A DNA stretch of 64,000 bases, taken from an uncultured Ruminococcus sp. GTDB lineage: Bacteria; Bacillota; Clostridia; Oscillospirales; CAG-272. The stretch lies in assembly GCA_964384555.1 (NCBI GenBank), contig CAYLLA010000002.1:1659-65658 (forward strand). Direction: 5' to 3'. Below, in pieces: positions 38,560-51,244 of this stretch. The notes under the pieces were generated by a model. The model was not told the origin of the DNA. It made no database searches and was given only the letters and a program-made list of their open reading frames with translations. Every line of letters starts with the position of its first letter. Within the stretch, counting starts at the first letter, position 1. Made by a program: the position numbers and the translations under genes.

Positions 38560-40098
38560 TTAGTGTGCTTTGTGTAGTTTGCTCAAAAGTTTTTTAAAGT
38601 AGGGGGATAGCATCTCCTTGGCGGCAAGGAAAGTCTCTTTGTCAAAGATAGATGCCACGACAAAAAACAGCGGAACTATTATAACGCAGGAGATGGCCGC
38701 CCACAGGATAATGCGCGGGTATGTATCAAGCGCAATATGCGTAAATATCCGCTTGGATACAAGCGTTACAATAATGAACATCCCAAGATTGATCAGCCAC
38801 CTGCGATATGTCTTCCACGGACTCCGGTTCAGTATCCGCTTGTTGGCGTAGATGATCATTACATTTGCCCTGTAAAATAAGGCTGCTATTGTTCCAAATA
38901 AAGCACCGTAAATTCCAAACAGCATTACTCCCGGAATTGTGACAGAAATATTTATGAGCATTTCGATAAGTGCGTGACTCTGAGTTTGTTTGAAATGTCC
39001 CGCTATATGTATAGTTTTGGCGGAAGATGTGCGGCTGCATTCAAGTAGGTATATAGATGCAAACAAGAATGGCAGATATGCATCAATATAGTTTATATCG
39101 GTGATTCCGTTAGTATAGAGCTTTAAAAAAGGTGTGATAAACAGACAAGCAATAAGTATCAAGGAAAAAGACAGTGATATATGAATAAGTTCAAATACAT
39201 TTTGTCTTTTTTTATAAAGATCCATGTCTGCATACATTTGTTGTCCTAAGGCAAACGTTATTCCGTTGGCTATATTAGATAACAATGTGCTTATCATACC
39301 AAAAAGCATGGTATACATGGAGTAAACACTGACAACGCTTAGCCCGCAAAACACAGATAACAACACAGTGTCGGTATTATTAAATACCAATCCAGATACC
39401 TGATGCAACAAAGCGGAGTTTTTTTGAGCTATTTTGTCAAAAGCGGGCGGCGTTGATAAATCAAGCCATTGATAATGACGTTTGATATATATATATATAT
39501 ATGCCATTTGAGCGAGGCTCAAAACAGAACATAAAAGCTGAACCGCAACAACGCCAAAGCCGAGTAACAGCAGTATTATTTTGCCTATACTTGTTAGCAC
39601 ACTGACAAACGTAGCTAAGTTTGTTGTAATATAACTTTTACCTTCGGCTTGGAGTAATATTTTATATTTACCCTGTAGGTAGTAGTTGATAGCTCCGGGG
39701 AGTCCGCTTATTAGTATTACGGCGACCATGGTGGAACAACCTATTGATGATTCAACCACTTGCGGATAGATAAAAGCTAGTAATATTACAGCTATAAAAT
39801 AGAAAGTGCCTGTTTTCTTATAGTATGCATGAGTAGCAGACATGATCGAGTTTATAGCATTTCGATCATTGATGGCAATAGGTTTGTATAAGGCTTGTAA
39901 TGAAGCCATTCCAACACCCGCTTCAAGAAGCCCTACATATCCGAGAACTTGGGCAATAGAGTTTAAGAGTCCGTTGGCCTCAGATCCAAGATTAACAAGT
40001 ACAAGCTTAGGTATAAGAATCCCAAGAGCTATTGTAATTACTTGACCTAAAATGCCTGTTATAATATTATAAAAACTTTTCTTTGTATTAGATTCCAT
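38560..40098 (-). CDS. wzx: Oligosaccharide flippase (Wzx, MOP superfamily)
   Basis: 512 aa, 12-14 TM segments, typical Wzx N-terminus, AT-rich. Confidence 0.8.
   Translation of the reverse strand: MESNTKKSFYNIITGILGQVITIALGILIPKLVLVNLGSEANGLLNSIAQVLGYVGLLEAGVGMASLQALYKPIAINDRNAINSIMSATHAYYKKTGTFYFIAVILLAFIYPQVVESSIGCSTMVAVILISGLPGAINYYLQGKYKILLQAEGKSYITTNLATFVSVLTSIGKIILLLLGFGVVAVQLLCSVLSLAQMAYIYIYIKRHYQWLDLSTPPAFDKIAQKNSALLHQVSGLVFNNTDTVLLSVFCGLSVVSVYSMYTMLFGMISTLLSNIANGITFALGQQMYADMDLYKKRQNVFELIHISLSFSLILIACLFITPFLKLYTNGITDINYIDAYLPFLFASIYLLECSRTSSAKTIHIAGHFKQTQSHALIEMLINISVTIPGVMLFGIYGALFGTIAALFYRANVMIIYANKRILNRSPWKTYRRWLINLGMFIIVTLVSKRIFTHIALDTYPRIILWAAISCVIIVPLFFVVASIFDKETFLAAKEMLSPYFKKLLSKLHKAH
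39485..39502. repeat. (AT)9 dinucleotide repeat inside wzx, currently in frame
   Basis: Encodes AYIYIYIK. Confidence 0.95.
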
Positions 40099-40109
40099 GG
40101 ATATTGTTG

Positions 40110-41294
40110 CTAATCCTTGCTCCCTACCAATTCATAAAACCGTTCGATTTCCTCGGTGTTGCCTTTCTTTTCACTTTGTTGATATTTTTTTATGTGATCG
40201 TATAATGCTTTATCGTTCATAAGTCGTTCTACACCATCGGCAACGGCTTGGGCGTTCATATCTACAACAAGTCCGTTTTCGCCATTTATCATTTGTTCGT
40301 ACACAACATCAAATGCAGTTGTAACGCATGGTATGTTCAGCATACGTGCCTCGGCAAGTGTCAGACAATAACCCTCGAAGACGGATGTTTGCACATATAT
40401 ATCCGCTGCGGCAATGAATGGATATGGATTTTGCTTGGCGCCGAGAAGAATAAAGCAATCATCAATACCATATGTGGCGATATCCTTTTCTATCGGCGTG
40501 GCATCTCCGCCACCGACTACGTACCACTTGAATTCCACACCGCGTTCCTTGAGGATCTGCGCGGCTTTAGCGGCAATATCATACCCTTTTTGGCGAACAA
40601 GTCTGCCGACAGTGGTTATCGTTATTCCTTGTTTTTGAATGTTGCATTCTTCCTGCGCCATTGTTGAGATAAGTGCGGCGTTTTGAATATCCAATATTAC
40701 ACTACATTTTTGTGTGTACTCAGGATATACCTTAACAAAGATATCTCGTAGTTTGTTGGAAACGCATACGATGCCTGTGTATTGCGCGTATATGTCTCGG
40801 TCAAAATCTTTATTATGTCCCGCATCCTCGTAGTGTGCATTTACCCACGCATATTTCTTTTTTGCGTTTACCTTTTGGGCTACAAAGTGTGTAGGCGTAC
40901 CCTGCCCCCAAGCTATTGCAACATCATACTGTTGCGGAAGAGTATGATATGCGGAGGCTGAATGCTTCCAATAAGCTTGCGTATCATGAAGCGGATGGCC
41001 ATGCCGTGCGTTTTTACGGAGTTCTGCGGCCGTTTTAACTCTTGCTGATATCCGTTTTACATCAAAGGAAAAGATCTGAGCCGCAAAGCTTTTACTGCAA
41101 AAAATGCTGTGATCAAGAGGGGGTAATATATTTATCTCCGCGGGGAGCAGCTCTTCAAACATACCTCCGCGCGTAAACATTTGCAGGGATATGTCGTATT
41201 TGTTACGATCCATCAATGTGAGTAGCGAAAGCAAAGCTTTTTCTGCACCGCCGCAACCAAGGGAATTTATAACAAACAGTATTTTTTGCTTCAC
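40110..41294 (-). CDS. Glycosyltransferase family 4 (GT-B)
   Basis: LGCGGAEKAL N-terminus and the C-terminal EGYCLTLAEA E(x7)E-type motif. Confidence 0.8.
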   Translation of the reverse strand: MKQKILFVINSLGCGGAEKALLSLLTLMDRNKYDISLQMFTRGGMFEELLPAEINILPPLDHSIFCSKSFAAQIFSFDVKRISARVKTAAELRKNARHGHPLHDTQAYWKHSASAYHTLPQQYDVAIAWGQGTPTHFVAQKVNAKKKYAWVNAHYEDAGHNKDFDRDIYAQYTGIVCVSNKLRDIFVKVYPEYTQKCSVILDIQNAALISTMAQEECNIQKQGITITTVGRLVRQKGYDIAAKAAQILKERGVEFKWYVVGGGDATPIEKDIATYGIDDCFILLGAKQNPYPFIAAADIYVQTSVFEGYCLTLAEARMLNIPCVTTAFDVVYEQMINGENGLVVDMNAQAVADGVERLMNDKALYDHIKKYQQSEKKGNTEEIERFYELVGSKD

Positions 41295-42412
41295 GTTTCA
41301 GCCTCCTCAAGAATGTTTTTTATATATGCCTTAGAACTCTCTGTGAGCGCGGAAAGGCGTTCTTTTACATGGGTGTAGTCTATTTTACCAAGCTGAGCGA
41401 ACTCGTTGGATGCCATACTGCTATTAAGCCCAAGCGCGGCGGTCAGATCCTGCATGCGCGTGTTTATACTGTCGCGGCGTGCGGTGACGGCAAAATCCTT
41501 TTCGAATATGATCGAAAATGCTGTTGCATGAAAGGAATTTGAAAGCACAAAGTCCGCGCCGCTTATAAGCCCCAAAAACTCTTGAGGCCCAACATGCGCA
41601 AAGCACTTTTTAGCATAAGGTACATTAAAAACAGAATATATGTCTAACCCGCGTTCCGCCGCCACTTTTTGCGCTATACTGCGGATCGTGGGATCGTTAT
41701 CAAAATCATAAACAAGCAGATAGTTTTTGTTTTTTTTCGATATGGGGCGTGCCATTTCTGCCCAGTGATCTTGAGTCAGTAAAAAAACAGGATCAACAAC
41801 CGTACACCCATCGTGTATGTCCAACTGCTCAAAGATATTCAACGCCGATGATTCACGTACCGAAACGTGATCAAGTTTTTTTATTCGTTCGGACATGACA
41901 GAACGAAGTTCTGTGGGGATCTCCTCCACTGCAAAGCTTGCGGCATATGATGCACGAATACCATCAGAAACAAATTCAAGATAAAAAGCCGGATCCTTGC
42001 CATTTGGAAAAATGGGATTCCAAATTTGGTCGCTTCCCGCAAAATAAATATCTGCCTTTGGTGGGGCGGCGCACAATTCATCAAAGGATGAATAACGCCG
42101 CGTGAGTTTAAAGTATTGGGCTGTAAATGCATCAAAAGCGCGCTTGTGTCGCAAGCCCGCAAGCCTGCCGGGGAGTTTTGCCAACAAATAAAGCTCGCGT
42201 ATCAGAGGCCGGTCATATTTGGGATTACATACAGCAGTAAGCTTGTGGTGACCGCTCAAATAATCCGGCTTGTAATCTATTATACCGGCCTTACATCCCT
42301 GCTTGGCGAGATATGTTTGTAATGCATACGCCTGCAAAGCTGCGCCGGCATTGTAAACATCATGACAAGTGATCGTTAAGGCGCTTATTTGATTTTTCTT
42401 ATCCTTCTCCAT
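41291..42412 (-). CDS. Polysaccharide pyruvyl transferase family protein
   Basis: LTITCHDVYNAGAALQAYAL and a general WcaK/CsaB-like pattern. Start taken at the Met at 42412. Confidence 0.6.
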   Translation of the reverse strand: MEKDKKNQISALTITCHDVYNAGAALQAYALQTYLAKQGCKAGIIDYKPDYLSGHHKLTAVCNPKYDRPLIRELYLLAKLPGRLAGLRHKRAFDAFTAQYFKLTRRYSSFDELCAAPPKADIYFAGSDQIWNPIFPNGKDPAFYLEFVSDGIRASYAASFAVEEIPTELRSVMSERIKKLDHVSVRESSALNIFEQLDIHDGCTVVDPVFLLTQDHWAEMARPISKKNKNYLLVYDFDNDPTIRSIAQKVAAERGLDIYSVFNVPYAKKCFAHVGPQEFLGLISGADFVLSNSFHATAFSIIFEKDFAVTARRDSINTRMQDLTAALGLNSSMASNEFAQLGKIDYTHVKERLSALTESSKAYIKNILEEAET

Positions 42413-43074
42413 ATTCTTCCCATCTTCGCCTTTAGTCTTACGCCAAGCGGCAACCAACTCATTGAGTACCAATGTATCGAGTAGGTGTTATCTGTCTTTT
42501 TAAGGCGGCCGGTGGCGCTGTCAAGCGGGTTAAAAAACTCTGCCGGGTAAACGTGTATGCCGCAAACTGTCTGCTCGCGCCCATCGCGCACAAGGCCAAA
42601 GCGCTCCATGATGTCGGTGTTAAGGTGGGGGCAGCCTACCGGCGTCTGCCGACCGTCCGGCTGAATAAAGTGCATCCTCTCGTATTCTTCTATCATTGCG
42701 CGTATCACCGGATGGTGCGCCTTGGCGGCGAGCACCTGTCCACTGTTAACAAACTGATCGTTTTCAAACCCGATGAAGCCCTCATCGGCCATCAGCGGCG
42801 TGATATCGAGTATCAGCTCAACATCTGTATCAAAATACACACCCCCGTGCTGCTCAAGCACTTTAAGGCGCATCACATCCGAGACGAATGCATATTTTTT
42901 TGCCTGATACGCCTCCGCCGTAAACGGCATGGCAAGGTAGTCGCAATTGTCCTCGTTCCATTCGATTATCTCAAAGTCCGGGCAAAACTTTTTCCAGCTT
43001 GCAATGCAACGCCGGGCGAGCTCCGGCTTTTCGCCGCGCCCAAACCAGCAGTAGTGGATCTTTTTGGGGATCAT
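42385..43074 (-). CDS. Glycosyltransferase with DXD motif (GT32/capsular sugar transferase-like)
   Basis: IPKKIHYCWFG, YFDTDVE. Confidence 0.7.
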   Translation of the reverse strand: MIPKKIHYCWFGRGEKPELARRCIASWKKFCPDFEIIEWNEDNCDYLAMPFTAEAYQAKKYAFVSDVMRLKVLEQHGGVYFDTDVELILDITPLMADEGFIGFENDQFVNSGQVLAAKAHHPVIRAMIEEYERMHFIQPDGRQTPVGCPHLNTDIMERFGLVRDGREQTVCGIHVYPAEFFNPLDSATGRLKKTDNTYSIHWYSMSWLPLGVRLKAKMGRIWRRIRKIK

Positions 43075-43079
43075 ATGCT

Positions 43080-44124
<1,045 letters not shown>

Positions 44125-44126
44125 TT

Positions 44127-45320
44127 TTACCTCATCAAAGTGTAGATCTTCTCGACTTCCGCGCTGTTAGTATAGTCTCTTTGTTTACAATTATCTGCCA
44201 GCTGTTGCATACGCTCCGGGGAGCGCAGCAGGGCGGCGATCCCGGCGGCACAGCTTTCATTGTCCATCGGGACGATCAAGCCGTCCACGCCGTCCTCAAG
44301 CTGACTTGCTGCGGTTGCGTAATTTGTTATCACTACCGGGAGTCCGAGCAGTTGCGTTTCCCGCACTGTTACCGATTTCCCTTCATAACGTGATGGCTGC
44401 ACATACAGATCGCAGGCGCGCATGTAGGGGTAGGGGTTTTCCTTTTTGCCGAGGATGATCACACGATCCTGCATCCCGGCTTCGGCTATCCTCTGCCGTA
44501 TCAGTGGCTCATCTCCGCCGTAGCCGATGAGATACCATTTGATATCCAGTCCCGATCCTACTAATCGGCGGCAGATGTCCGGCACGTTATCAAAGTTTTT
44601 CGCGTCGCAAAAGCGGCCAACGGATAGGAGCTTGATCGAGCCGTCTGGCGGCATATCCTGTTGCGGTTCCTCTGATTGTGTGCGTATAAGCGCTGCGGGG
44701 AGGATGTTTTCCACCGTGCACACTCTGTCGGCAAGTTCCGGGAATGTGGCTGCAAAACCTGCAGCTACCTTGTCTGAAACGCCGCATATATAGTCATACT
44801 CCCGCCACATCTCAAGCTCGGTGGTGCGGTCAAAGGATAGGGCAGTGTAATCTGTGTGTATCCATGCGGCATATTTTTTGGCTTTTACCCGTGCTTTGGT
44901 GAAAAAATGCGGTGTCAAAAAGCTGATGGCAAGATCGTAGGTCTTGTTGGATATTTGGGGCATCGCGCCTATGGTGAATTTATGGCTGTAAGTAAGTGCC
45001 GTAATAGATGGCTTTTCGCTTGGATGTTTGGCATCAAAGCGCGCGGCAGCAAGCTTTCCGTGCAGTCTCCCCGCAAGCGTACCAAGCCGCCCCCGCTTGA
45101 TAAGTGATGACATGGGGACTGCAAGGGATGCGTATTGCGGGATCTCATCAAGCACGTGTACTCGCCTATCAAGGTGGGGCATAAGCTCTCCCGCGTGGCG
45201 CATGAGAAAAAGATCCACATCGTATGCGCTGTAGTTTATAGAGTCAAGCAGCCCGAGTAGGCTGCGCTCGACCCCGCCAAGTTCCATGGCTTGGGAGAAG
45301 ATGAGGATTGTGTGTTTCAT
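44127..45320 (-). CDS. Glycosyltransferase family 4 (GT-B)
   Basis: GGVERSL N-terminus and C-terminal EGKSVTVRET. Confidence 0.8.
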   Translation of the reverse strand: MKHTILIFSQAMELGGVERSLLGLLDSINYSAYDVDLFLMRHAGELMPHLDRRVHVLDEIPQYASLAVPMSSLIKRGRLGTLAGRLHGKLAAARFDAKHPSEKPSITALTYSHKFTIGAMPQISNKTYDLAISFLTPHFFTKARVKAKKYAAWIHTDYTALSFDRTTELEMWREYDYICGVSDKVAAGFAATFPELADRVCTVENILPAALIRTQSEEPQQDMPPDGSIKLLSVGRFCDAKNFDNVPDICRRLVGSGLDIKWYLIGYGGDEPLIRQRIAEAGMQDRVIILGKKENPYPYMRACDLYVQPSRYEGKSVTVRETQLLGLPVVITNYATAASQLEDGVDGLIVPMDNESCAAGIAALLRSPERMQQLADNCKQRDYTNSAEVEKIYTLMR

Positions 45321-45323
45321 GTG

Positions 45324-46447
<1,124 letters not shown>

Positions 46448-46449
46448 TT

Positions 46450-47343
46450 TTATAAACCCGCCTTCTTTTTGATATACAATGTCAATAATAATCCCGCCGG
46501 CGTACACAGTACCGTCAGCAGTTTTTTGGGTGATTCTTTTATATAGTGTTTGTTGTGCGCGAGGGTACTGCTTGAGCAATAATGGATGCAATCGATGATC
46601 AGTCGTTTAAAAGATTCGGGGTAACGCATCTTTATAGTGCGCCAAAACGCAAAACCTTTTGGGTTCTTCAAATATTGGCGCAGCATGTTGTTGCTTGACC
46701 CATCCGGCTGATACTCGACATTACAGAGTACTGTATTGAGTACCGCAAGTTTGTAGTCCTGATCTATGAGTAGATATTTATAAGCAAGGCTTACATATTT
46801 TTCGCCTTCAAATGTAGGGTACTCGGGGTAAGAATTGATTACATCTGTACGATATACAAGTTTTTTATCGCCGGAGCCGCCGCGGGCATAATATCCCGAG
46901 AGAGTTGTTTCGTCAAGTCCATCCGGAAAGGCGCTGCCAATTATGTTGCCGTCAAGATCTGCATCTATCCCCACCAATCCGGCATAGTCGCGGGCTTTTA
47001 CTTCTGTCCATTTTGTAATTATCTTTTCTACCGCGCCATCACTTAACATGTCATCCGAATCGATGCACGTGTTAAGTTCTGTGTGTATGGCTGCGTATGC
47101 GACATTATGTGCAGTGTGCATGCCGCCATTCTCTTTGTAAATGTACTGTATTTCAAAGCCGTTATCCCGCTGTTGCCATTCCCTAACAAGCTCGGCGGTG
47201 TTGTCTGTTGAGCCATCATCTACAATGAGCCAAATAAAATCTTTGCAGTTTTGGCGGCAAAGGCTTTTATATGTCCGCGGCAGGGTATGTGCGCGGTTGT
47301 ATGCCGGCGTAAAGATCGTAAGTGTCGTTTTATTATTGCTCAT
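46450..47343 (-). CDS. GT2 glycosyltransferase
   Basis: LTIFTPAYNRAHTLPRTYKSLCRQNCKDFIWLIVDDGSTD. Confidence 0.85.
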   Translation of the reverse strand: MSNNKTTLTIFTPAYNRAHTLPRTYKSLCRQNCKDFIWLIVDDGSTDNTAELVREWQQRDNGFEIQYIYKENGGMHTAHNVAYAAIHTELNTCIDSDDMLSDGAVEKIITKWTEVKARDYAGLVGIDADLDGNIIGSAFPDGLDETTLSGYYARGGSGDKKLVYRTDVINSYPEYPTFEGEKYVSLAYKYLLIDQDYKLAVLNTVLCNVEYQPDGSSNNMLRQYLKNPKGFAFWRTIKMRYPESFKRLIIDCIHYCSSSTLAHNKHYIKESPKKLLTVLCTPAGLLLTLYIKKKAGL

Positions 47344-48430
47344 ATGCTTTTAAATAAAACTCCTGTAATTTTATAGCCTCATTGGAAATATCAAACTCGT
47401 GTGCGGCGATTTCGGTGCGCCTGTCCCGGCGCGGTGTGTTCCTCAGCTCGAGTATTGCCCGGGCAAAGGCTTCTGTGCCGGCGGAGAGGGGGGAGACATT
47501 AACAAGATCCTTACAAAGTACGCATTCCGCCGGTACTTTATCCGATATAACGCAAGGTAGACCTGCGGCTTGTGCCTCGACCATCGTGACCGGCAGTCCC
47601 TCATAAAGCGATGGAAAGGCGAAAACATCCATAGTTTGCATAAGCTCCGCAATGTCACTTCTCACACCGAGAAAACGCACCTTATCGGCAATGCCGAGGT
47701 CGCTTGCCTGCTGCTGCGCTCGTGCCATGCCGTCGCCGCCACCTGCGAGAAGTAGTGTGGAGTTGGGCTCTTGCTTGAGTAAGGCCGCAAACGCGTTGAT
47801 CAAAAATGGGTGGTTCTTGGGTGGGTTGAACCTTCCGACATGACCGACAACAAAACTGTTTCCCAGCTCGAGCATATCTCGCACCGTGTTACGTGTGCAC
47901 GGATCATAGGCATATTTCGTGGCATCAATGGCATTGTTGATGACCGCATAGGGGACATCGCCGAACATCCATTTTCCGGCTTCATTGCCGCAGGCAAATA
48001 GGGTGGTAGCATATTTTGATATGCTTCTTTTATACCACAGCTTTATCGGATATTTTAAATTTTTATCTTGATTGGAGCTATGGCTATGCGCTATTCGAAC
48101 AGGAACCGAGTGCACTTTAGCGGCTTTAAGTGCTACAGAACTAAGACAATCTTGGTGGACGTGAACGATCTTATAGTCGCGATGAGTGTCAAAAAAAATA
48201 TTCAAGGCATTTAAGTAGGTGCGACTCCATGGCACGAGCCTTGGCAGACGGAAGATCTTGGCGCCCAATGCTTCTATCTCATCGTCATAGGCGCCGCGCT
48301 CCTCGCGATGAACTATAAAATCAAATTGAACTTGGCTGCGGTCGATCTGTCTGTAATAGTTCATCAGCATAGATTCAAGTCCGCCGCGGTTCATTTGTGT
48401 TACGATCTGCAGAACACGTATGGGTGGCAT
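47333..48430 (-). CDS. Glycosyltransferase family 4 (GT-B)
   Basis: IRVLQIVTQMNRGGLESM and C-terminal EGLPVTMVEAQA. Start taken at the Met at 48430. Confidence 0.8.
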   Translation of the reverse strand: MPPIRVLQIVTQMNRGGLESMLMNYYRQIDRSQVQFDFIVHREERGAYDDEIEALGAKIFRLPRLVPWSRTYLNALNIFFDTHRDYKIVHVHQDCLSSVALKAAKVHSVPVRIAHSHSSNQDKNLKYPIKLWYKRSISKYATTLFACGNEAGKWMFGDVPYAVINNAIDATKYAYDPCTRNTVRDMLELGNSFVVGHVGRFNPPKNHPFLINAFAALLKQEPNSTLLLAGGGDGMARAQQQASDLGIADKVRFLGVRSDIAELMQTMDVFAFPSLYEGLPVTMVEAQAAGLPCVISDKVPAECVLCKDLVNVSPLSAGTEAFARAILELRNTPRRDRRTEIAAHEFDISNEAIKLQEFYLKAYEQ

Positions 48431-48431
48431 G

Positions 48432-49538
48432 TTATCCTCCAAACTGTGCGAAGTATTCCGATACGGTAAGACGTGAGAAATATTCATCAAACGGCTGATT
48501 GATTACATTGGAGTAATAGAAATACGCGCTGTAACCGAGCAGCATACAGATAGTGAGTATCCTGCCGTCTCGTCCGCCAATTTTTTTCATCAACCAAGGC
48601 AGCGATAGCGACTGGAACAGGATAAAGTAGTTTGCCAGGCGCGCAAAGTAGTTGGCTGTGCCGAAAAGTCCAACAAACATTATGGCTCCGTTGAGCATCG
48701 TAAAGTTCATGATAAGGTTATCCGCTTCTGTGCTGTCCTTAAATATCCTGTCACGGTACAGCCATGACAAAACGGTTGGAACATTGCAAACCAACACACG
48801 GAATATGTTAACACCATCGCCGCTGAAAGACTCAAGAGTGTATTCCTCGCCAAGCATCGTGGTTATATCCACGATGGTACCAAGTAACGGGCGCAAAAGA
48901 ATGCCGCCGATGATCGCTCCAAACACAAGAATATACGAACCGTGGCTCCAAGGGCGAAATTTGAGTATCGGTACCAAGAAGAAGAGCAGAGAATAGGGGT
49001 GTATAAATGTGGCTATAAGTATACATACGGTATAGATCACCCACTTCTTTTTTAATGCAAACATTACGCCGAGCATGGATATTCCCATGGCGGCGGCTTG
49101 CTTGATCCCCGCGGCGGCAAAAAGATACCCGCCGGCAGTAAAGATCAAAAAAATAGTTAAAGGATAATCAACGGAGTACCTATGCAAAAATGCCAGGTAA
49201 CAAGCCACGGTCAAAAACGCCCAAAACATTAAAAAGTTTTGAGTGGATACCCCCGCCATTCTCAACCAGTAGTTTATTATATTAAACAGCGGGTTGGCAC
49301 CCGGGCTCATATCTCTCCCATCAAGATAGCCCTCTGTAATAAGCTCGTAAGCCCAAGTATAGGCAGTAGTGTCATTGCAATGCGTGCGCAGACCGATATA
49401 CCCCGCCATGAGAATGACAAGGCAAACGGTGAAAAAAACACTCCTGTGCTGAATTTCCGCGGGTCTGTTTTTGTATTTTATATCTGCCAGCCAGGCAAGT
49501 ATCAGAGCTATAAAAAATAGGGTGAGAAGATCAGCCAT
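48432..49538 (-). CDS. EpsG/Wzy-like polysaccharide polymerase
   Basis: 368 aa, about 10 TM segments, located in a Wzx-dependent locus. Confidence 0.6.
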   Translation of the reverse strand: MADLLTLFFIALILAWLADIKYKNRPAEIQHRSVFFTVCLVILMAGYIGLRTHCNDTTAYTWAYELITEGYLDGRDMSPGANPLFNIINYWLRMAGVSTQNFLMFWAFLTVACYLAFLHRYSVDYPLTIFLIFTAGGYLFAAAGIKQAAAMGISMLGVMFALKKKWVIYTVCILIATFIHPYSLLFFLVPILKFRPWSHGSYILVFGAIIGGILLRPLLGTIVDITTMLGEEYTLESFSGDGVNIFRVLVCNVPTVLSWLYRDRIFKDSTEADNLIMNFTMLNGAIMFVGLFGTANYFARLANYFILFQSLSLPWLMKKIGGRDGRILTICMLLGYSAYFYYSNVINQPFDEYFSRLTVSEYFAQFGG

Positions 49539-50652
49539 TGGTGATTCCTAAATTATCTACAGTTTTTTTAACAACAAGCTTTTTGTCAAAGCTTGCGGCG
49601 ATATGGTCGTGCGAGGCCGCCGCCATTCTGCGCCTGTCATCCTGTGACAGAGATGCGAAGCGTATCATCGCATCGGCGAGGGCACCGGCATCTCTTGCCG
49701 GGCAAAGATAACCGGAGCTGTCCGACACGGCCTCGCGGCAGCCTGGAATATCGCTTGTAATTATCGGGCGGCCGGTCGCTGCGGCCTCAAGCAGAACGTT
49801 TGACATCCCCTCGTGATAGGACGGCAAAACTATGCAATGCGCCGCGCGGTAAAACGGCCGTACATCCGGCTGTTGACCGTGATATATCACAGTGCCGTCC
49901 CGCACCTGCTCGTCCATAGCGGCGCGGTATTCCTCCTCAAAGGAGCCGACTACGTGAAAATCCACGCGGTCGCCAAAAAGCTCTTTCAGCTTTCGTGCGG
50001 CGGCAAAAAACTCGTCTATTCCTTTTTCATGCATTACTCTGCCTACAAAAAGGAATTTTATTATTTCGCCATCGGGGTAGGTGGCATATGGAAAATCATC
50101 AAGATTCACACCTGCGCCGTTTAACACCACCGATCTGCCTTGGGGGAGTATTCCGGTCGCCTCAAGTGTGGCGTAGTTGCCGCTGTTTTCAAAAAAGATC
50201 ACGCGCGCCTGCTTCAGCGCCGGGCGATAGAGTGAGAGCACCAATTTTTTCAGCAGTCCGCCGTTTTCGATGGCACTGCCGAGCCCGGTTATATTTACCG
50301 CGTACGGAATATGCGCCATACGGCAAGCCAGGCCGCCGTATATGTTGGGCTTGATGGTGTATGTTATCACAAGATCCGGGGCAACATCCCGCAATATCCT
50401 GCGATACTTTCGCAAAAGCCCGAGATCCTGCACCGGGTTCATCCCGCGGCGGGAGATGTCGGTCTCTATGTAATGAAACCCCAAATCCTCAAGTTCCGGT
50501 ATGAATTGTCCATTTGGCAGTGATATGTATACTTCGAAGCCGAGTTTGCTGAATTCAACAAGCAGATCCTTGCGAAAGCGGTATAATCCAACATCGTTGT
50601 TGGCGAGTACCAGCAGCCTTTTATTTGATTTTTTTTGCGGGAATGCCGACAT
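49531..50652 (-). CDS. Glycosyltransferase family 4 (GT-B)
   Basis: LLVLANNDVGLYRFRKDL and C-terminal EGMSNVLLEAAA. Confidence 0.8.
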   Translation of the reverse strand: MSAFPQKKSNKRLLVLANNDVGLYRFRKDLLVEFSKLGFEVYISLPNGQFIPELEDLGFHYIETDISRRGMNPVQDLGLLRKYRRILRDVAPDLVITYTIKPNIYGGLACRMAHIPYAVNITGLGSAIENGGLLKKLVLSLYRPALKQARVIFFENSGNYATLEATGILPQGRSVVLNGAGVNLDDFPYATYPDGEIIKFLFVGRVMHEKGIDEFFAAARKLKELFGDRVDFHVVGSFEEEYRAAMDEQVRDGTVIYHGQQPDVRPFYRAAHCIVLPSYHEGMSNVLLEAAATGRPIITSDIPGCREAVSDSSGYLCPARDAGALADAMIRFASLSQDDRRRMAAASHDHIAASFDKKLVVKKTVDNLGITNG

Positions 50653-51244
50653 AGGTTCCGCTCTCCTCAATATTATTGATGACTACGGCTCCTGCACCTA
50701 TCATGCAATTGCCGCAAATAGTCAGATTGTTGCTTACAGTTGCGCCTATGCCGATCCATGTACTTGGGCCTATCGTTACCGTGCCGCCGAGTTTGGCACC
50801 GACTGAGATGTGTGCAAAATCCTCGATTTTATTATCGTGTTCCACCACAGCTGCGGTGTTTATTATGCAATGGTTGCCTATATGTGTCGATGGAGATATT
50901 ACCGCGTTGGCCATTACTGCGCTTCCTGCGCCGATCGTTACATTCGCGCCGGATATCACCGCCCTGGGGTGGATGGCCGTGTAGTAGTTTACATCGCCAA
51001 GCCGATCGGCTATAGTCTTGCGTATTTGAGCGTTACCGATGGCTATGATAAAATGCGCATCGGGATACTTTATGTAGTCCGCTACTTCACCGAGTATTTT
51101 GATCATGCTCGTATCGTTGCTTGCGTGTGGTGCATCGTCAAGAAAGCCCAACAGATCGTCACCGTTTAGTTGTACAATATCTGCAATTACCTTGCCGTGA
51201 CCGCCGGCACCGATTATAATTACGTCTTTAGATCTATTTTTCAT
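50621..51244 (-). CDS. NeuD/PglD-type hexapeptide-repeat sugar N/O-acetyltransferase
   Basis: VIIIGAGGHGKVIADIV Rossmann-like N-terminus plus a left-handed beta-helix repeat region. Confidence 0.75.
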   Translation of the reverse strand: MKNRSKDVIIIGAGGHGKVIADIVQLNGDDLLGFLDDAPHASNDTSMIKILGEVADYIKYPDAHFIIAIGNAQIRKTIADRLGDVNYYTAIHPRAVISGANVTIGAGSAVMANAVISPSTHIGNHCIINTAAVVEHDNKIEDFAHISVGAKLGGTVTIGPSTWIGIGATVSNNLTICGNCMIGAGAVVINNIEESGTYVGIPAKKIK

